A stretch of DNA of 64,000 bases from Longimicrobiales bacterium (lineage in GTDB: Bacteria; Gemmatimonadota; Gemmatimonadetes; Longimicrobiales; Gaopeijiaceae). Where the stretch lies: positions 2,368,001 through 2,432,000 of the forward strand of contig OZ250165.1 in the NCBI GenBank assembly GCA_965238005.1, given 5' to 3'. The notes under the pieces were generated by a model. That model saw only the letters and a list, made by a program, of their open reading frames with translations. It made no database searches and was not told the origin of the DNA. Within the stretch, counting starts at the first letter, position 1, and each line of letters opens with the position of its first letter. Made by a program: the position numbers and the translations under genes. This document shows, one piece after another, positions 61,431 to 64,000 of this stretch.

Positions 61431-62513
61431 TCACCTCGTCCCGACCACGTTCACGCGGTCCCCAGCCGACACCTGCTGCTGGCCCACCACGATGAGCCGA
61501 TCCCCAGACTCCAAGCCGCTCTCGATCACCACGCCGTTCTGCTGGCTGGGACCGACCTCGACGCTCCTGGAGACCACCACGCTCTCCTCGCCGGTGCCCT
61601 CCACCACGAAGGCCACATATCCGTCCTCGACCCGCACCAGGGCTTCCTGGGGAATCACCAGAGCGTCGGCCAAGGTCCTACGGACCACGGAGACGTTCGC
61701 CACCATCTCCGGCTTGATCACTCCGTCCGGATTGGCCGTCTCGAGCTCGATGAGGAAGGTACGATTCCTCGGATTGACCGTGGCGCCCACGTAGCTGATG
61801 GTGCCTTCGATCGAGATCTCAAGGACGTCGAAGAAGACCGTCGCCGAAGCACCCACCACAACGTCCGCGGCGTATCGCTCCGGCACGCCCGCGGCCACCT
61901 TGATCGGGTCGAGTGAGACCACGCGTGCCACGTCCGTTCCGGCGTTCACCATGGTCCCTACCTCGACCATGCGCGTTTCGAGCACACCGGAGATCGGTGC
62001 TCGGATCACCGTATGCCCCAGACGGGTTTCCAGCATCGACAGGCGAGCCGCCGTCTGCGCCGCGTTGTACTTCGCCTCCAGATACGCCAGCTCGGAGCCT
62101 ACCTGATCCTCCTCATAGAGGCGCTTGCGGCGCTCCCAGGTCTCGCTCCCCAGGGCCGCCTGGGCCGTGGCCTCTTGCACCTGGCTCTTGAGGATGTCGT
62201 CGTCTATCTGAAAGAGCTGCTGGCCCGCCTTCACGGCGCTGCCCTTGTCCACAAGAATGTGGCGGATGACCCCCGACTCCTGTGCCGAGATCGTCACGTC
62301 CTGATCGGCCAGGACCATGCCCGTAAGGCGAATGAGCTCCACGAACTCCTGTCTCTCGACGGTGGTCGTCTCCACGTTGATGACCCGGGCCGTCCCCTCG
62401 ACGAGCACCCCGTCGTTCCCGCCGGCTACGGCATCGGCATCACCACCGCACGAAGCTGCCCCGGCGAGGAGCGCCACCGACAGGCCTCCTCTGAGCCGAG
62501 CTTGTATCGTCAT
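61431..62513 (-). CDS. RND periplasmic adaptor subunit
   Basis: Lipobox-like AASC, IRAPISG, KPEM, GLESGDRLIV; SD GGAGG. Confidence 0.93.
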   Translation of the reverse strand: MTIQARLRGGLSVALLAGAASCGGDADAVAGGNDGVLVEGTARVINVETTTVERQEFVELIRLTGMVLADQDVTISAQESGVIRHILVDKGSAVKAGQQLFQIDDDILKSQVQEATAQAALGSETWERRKRLYEEDQVGSELAYLEAKYNAAQTAARLSMLETRLGHTVIRAPISGVLETRMVEVGTMVNAGTDVARVVSLDPIKVAAGVPERYAADVVVGASATVFFDVLEISIEGTISYVGATVNPRNRTFLIELETANPDGVIKPEMVANVSVVRRTLADALVIPQEALVRVEDGYVAFVVEGTGEESVVVSRSVEVGPSQQNGVVIESGLESGDRLIVVGQQQVSAGDRVNVVGTR

Positions 62514-62533
62514 CGCTTGTCGAGCCTCCCTCA

Positions 62534-63988
62534 TCACTGAACGCGGTCCAGGACGCGATCCGAGTCCACCATGGGAACGTATCCCACGGCCTGATCCAGG
62601 TTCGCCTGTGCCACGAGAAAGTCGTAAACAGCCTGCGCGTAGTTGAACTCGCTCTGACGGAGGGCCACCTCGGAATCGGTCAACTCCAGCTGGCTCCCGA
62701 GGCCCTCTCTGTATTGCGCGCTCGCGATCTCGAATCCTCGCTGGGCCTGCTTCACTGCCAGGCGCTGGGCATCCGCACGCTCCCGAGCCTCCCCCACCTG
62801 ATCCCAAAGGGTCTTCACCTCACTCTCGGCCCTGGAACGCGCGAGACGGTTCTGCGCCTGAACCTGACGGTGTGCCGCCCGCTTCTGGTCGATGCGGGCG
62901 TCCTTCGAGAAGCCGCTGAAGATGGGCCAGGTCACGCGGACGCCGACCTGGCGAGAGTAGGCCCTCTGCATGGAAGACTCGCCGAAGAAGTCGGGGCTAC
63001 CGTTTTCCTGGGCCATGATAGCGTAGGTTCCGAAGAGGACGATCTCGGGCAGATATTGTACCTGCTCCAGCCTCACCTCCGCATGACGGAGCTGCTCCAT
63101 GAGGTCGAAGCTGCGGAGGTCCGAGCGCTGGCTCTGGGCCATCGTCAGCAAGCGCTGCGGACCGGCTCCTTCCTCGCCCATCCATGAGGAGAACTCGAGG
63201 ATCTGGCGATTCGCAGCCGAATTCGCGGCCGGGTCGTCCAGGTCGATATCCGCCAGCGCGCCTGCCACCCGTACGTCGTCCTCGTTCTCGAGACCGAGCT
63301 CGATGCCCACTTCCCTTCTGGACTCGGATACGAAGTTCTGCGCCCGAAGCAGGTTGGGCTCCAGGTTGGCCAGCTCCACCTCGAGGCGGAGGACGTCGTA
63401 GTCGGCCGCCAATCCCGCCTCGTTGAGCGCCCGGGTCTCCCGGAGCGACTGCCTGACCCGCTCCACCGAGTTCTCCACGAGGCGCGCCTGCTCCTGTGCC
63501 AGCAGGAGGGTGTAGTACGCGATCCGAACACGGGTGACCACGGCCTGCGTGCGGCCCCGCACATTTTCGCGCTCGAAGTTCTCGAAGCGGCTGGCCGCCC
63601 CGACCCCGACGAACACGCCCGGCTTGAAGAGTGGCTGCTCGACGTCGATGCTGGTCGTCCAGATGTTGTCGGATCCGAAGCGGACCGGAATCAGCTCGGA
63701 CGGATCAGCCTCCGGATCGAAGATCACCGCCGGGAGGAAATTCGAAGCCACGCTCACGTTTCGTAGGTAGCCCGCAGAAGCGTCCACCTTGGGGTAAATG
63801 AGCGACCAGGCCTCGGACACCTGCTCTTCCGCCAATTCGAGCCCCATACGAGCGTCTCGAAGATCCTCGCTCTGTTCGAGAGCGGTCGCCACTGCCTGCT
63901 CCAGGGTGAGCACCCGCTCTTGGGCCGCCAATCCCCTCCCCATCAAGAAACCCGCAAGGGCCAAGGCCCCCAAACCACGCATCTTCAT
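62534..63988 (-). CDS. TolC family outer-membrane protein
   Basis: Signal peptide, two OEP repeats, QYREGLGSQLE. Confidence 0.93.
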   Translation of the reverse strand: MKMRGLGALALAGFLMGRGLAAQERVLTLEQAVATALEQSEDLRDARMGLELAEEQVSEAWSLIYPKVDASAGYLRNVSVASNFLPAVIFDPEADPSELIPVRFGSDNIWTTSIDVEQPLFKPGVFVGVGAASRFENFERENVRGRTQAVVTRVRIAYYTLLLAQEQARLVENSVERVRQSLRETRALNEAGLAADYDVLRLEVELANLEPNLLRAQNFVSESRREVGIELGLENEDDVRVAGALADIDLDDPAANSAANRQILEFSSWMGEEGAGPQRLLTMAQSQRSDLRSFDLMEQLRHAEVRLEQVQYLPEIVLFGTYAIMAQENGSPDFFGESSMQRAYSRQVGVRVTWPIFSGFSKDARIDQKRAAHRQVQAQNRLARSRAESEVKTLWDQVGEARERADAQRLAVKQAQRGFEIASAQYREGLGSQLELTDSEVALRQSEFNYAQAVYDFLVAQANLDQAVGYVPMVDSDRVLDRVQ

Positions 63989-64000
63989 AGCTCTATGATC

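Overview
High-GC bacterial chromosome segment. The gene content and protein style suggest Gemmatimonadota, but this is an inference. The housekeeping backbone is mostly on the minus strand: the infC start, thrS, groES/groEL with a perfect CIRCE, coaX, birA, uppP, bshA, miaA, mutL, tatD, secDF, murB and rmlC. Also present are a GspE/PilB-REC ATPase with a REC-GGDEF partner, a sigma54-controlled TolC/HlyD/two-ABC-ATPase module with no permease, several secreted peptidases/hydrolases and an RND efflux operon. The backbone is interrupted by short gene relics joined by deletions and by MITE-like elements. Highlights: (1) A fossil hopanoid pathway. hpnH, shc and hpnN are broken and only squalene synthase is intact; 21 kb away sits a mosaic with fragments resembling the C-2 methylase HpnP and HpnG. 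(2) An AhpD-like peroxidase split by an in-frame TGA in a CxxU motif with a SECIS-like hairpin, i.e. a probable selenoprotein that the ORF track missed. (3) A complete predicted sigma54/IHF/UAS promoter set for the permease-less exporter. (4) Two MITE families and a TnpB relic. All family assignments come from motif recognition by eye; no database searches were run.
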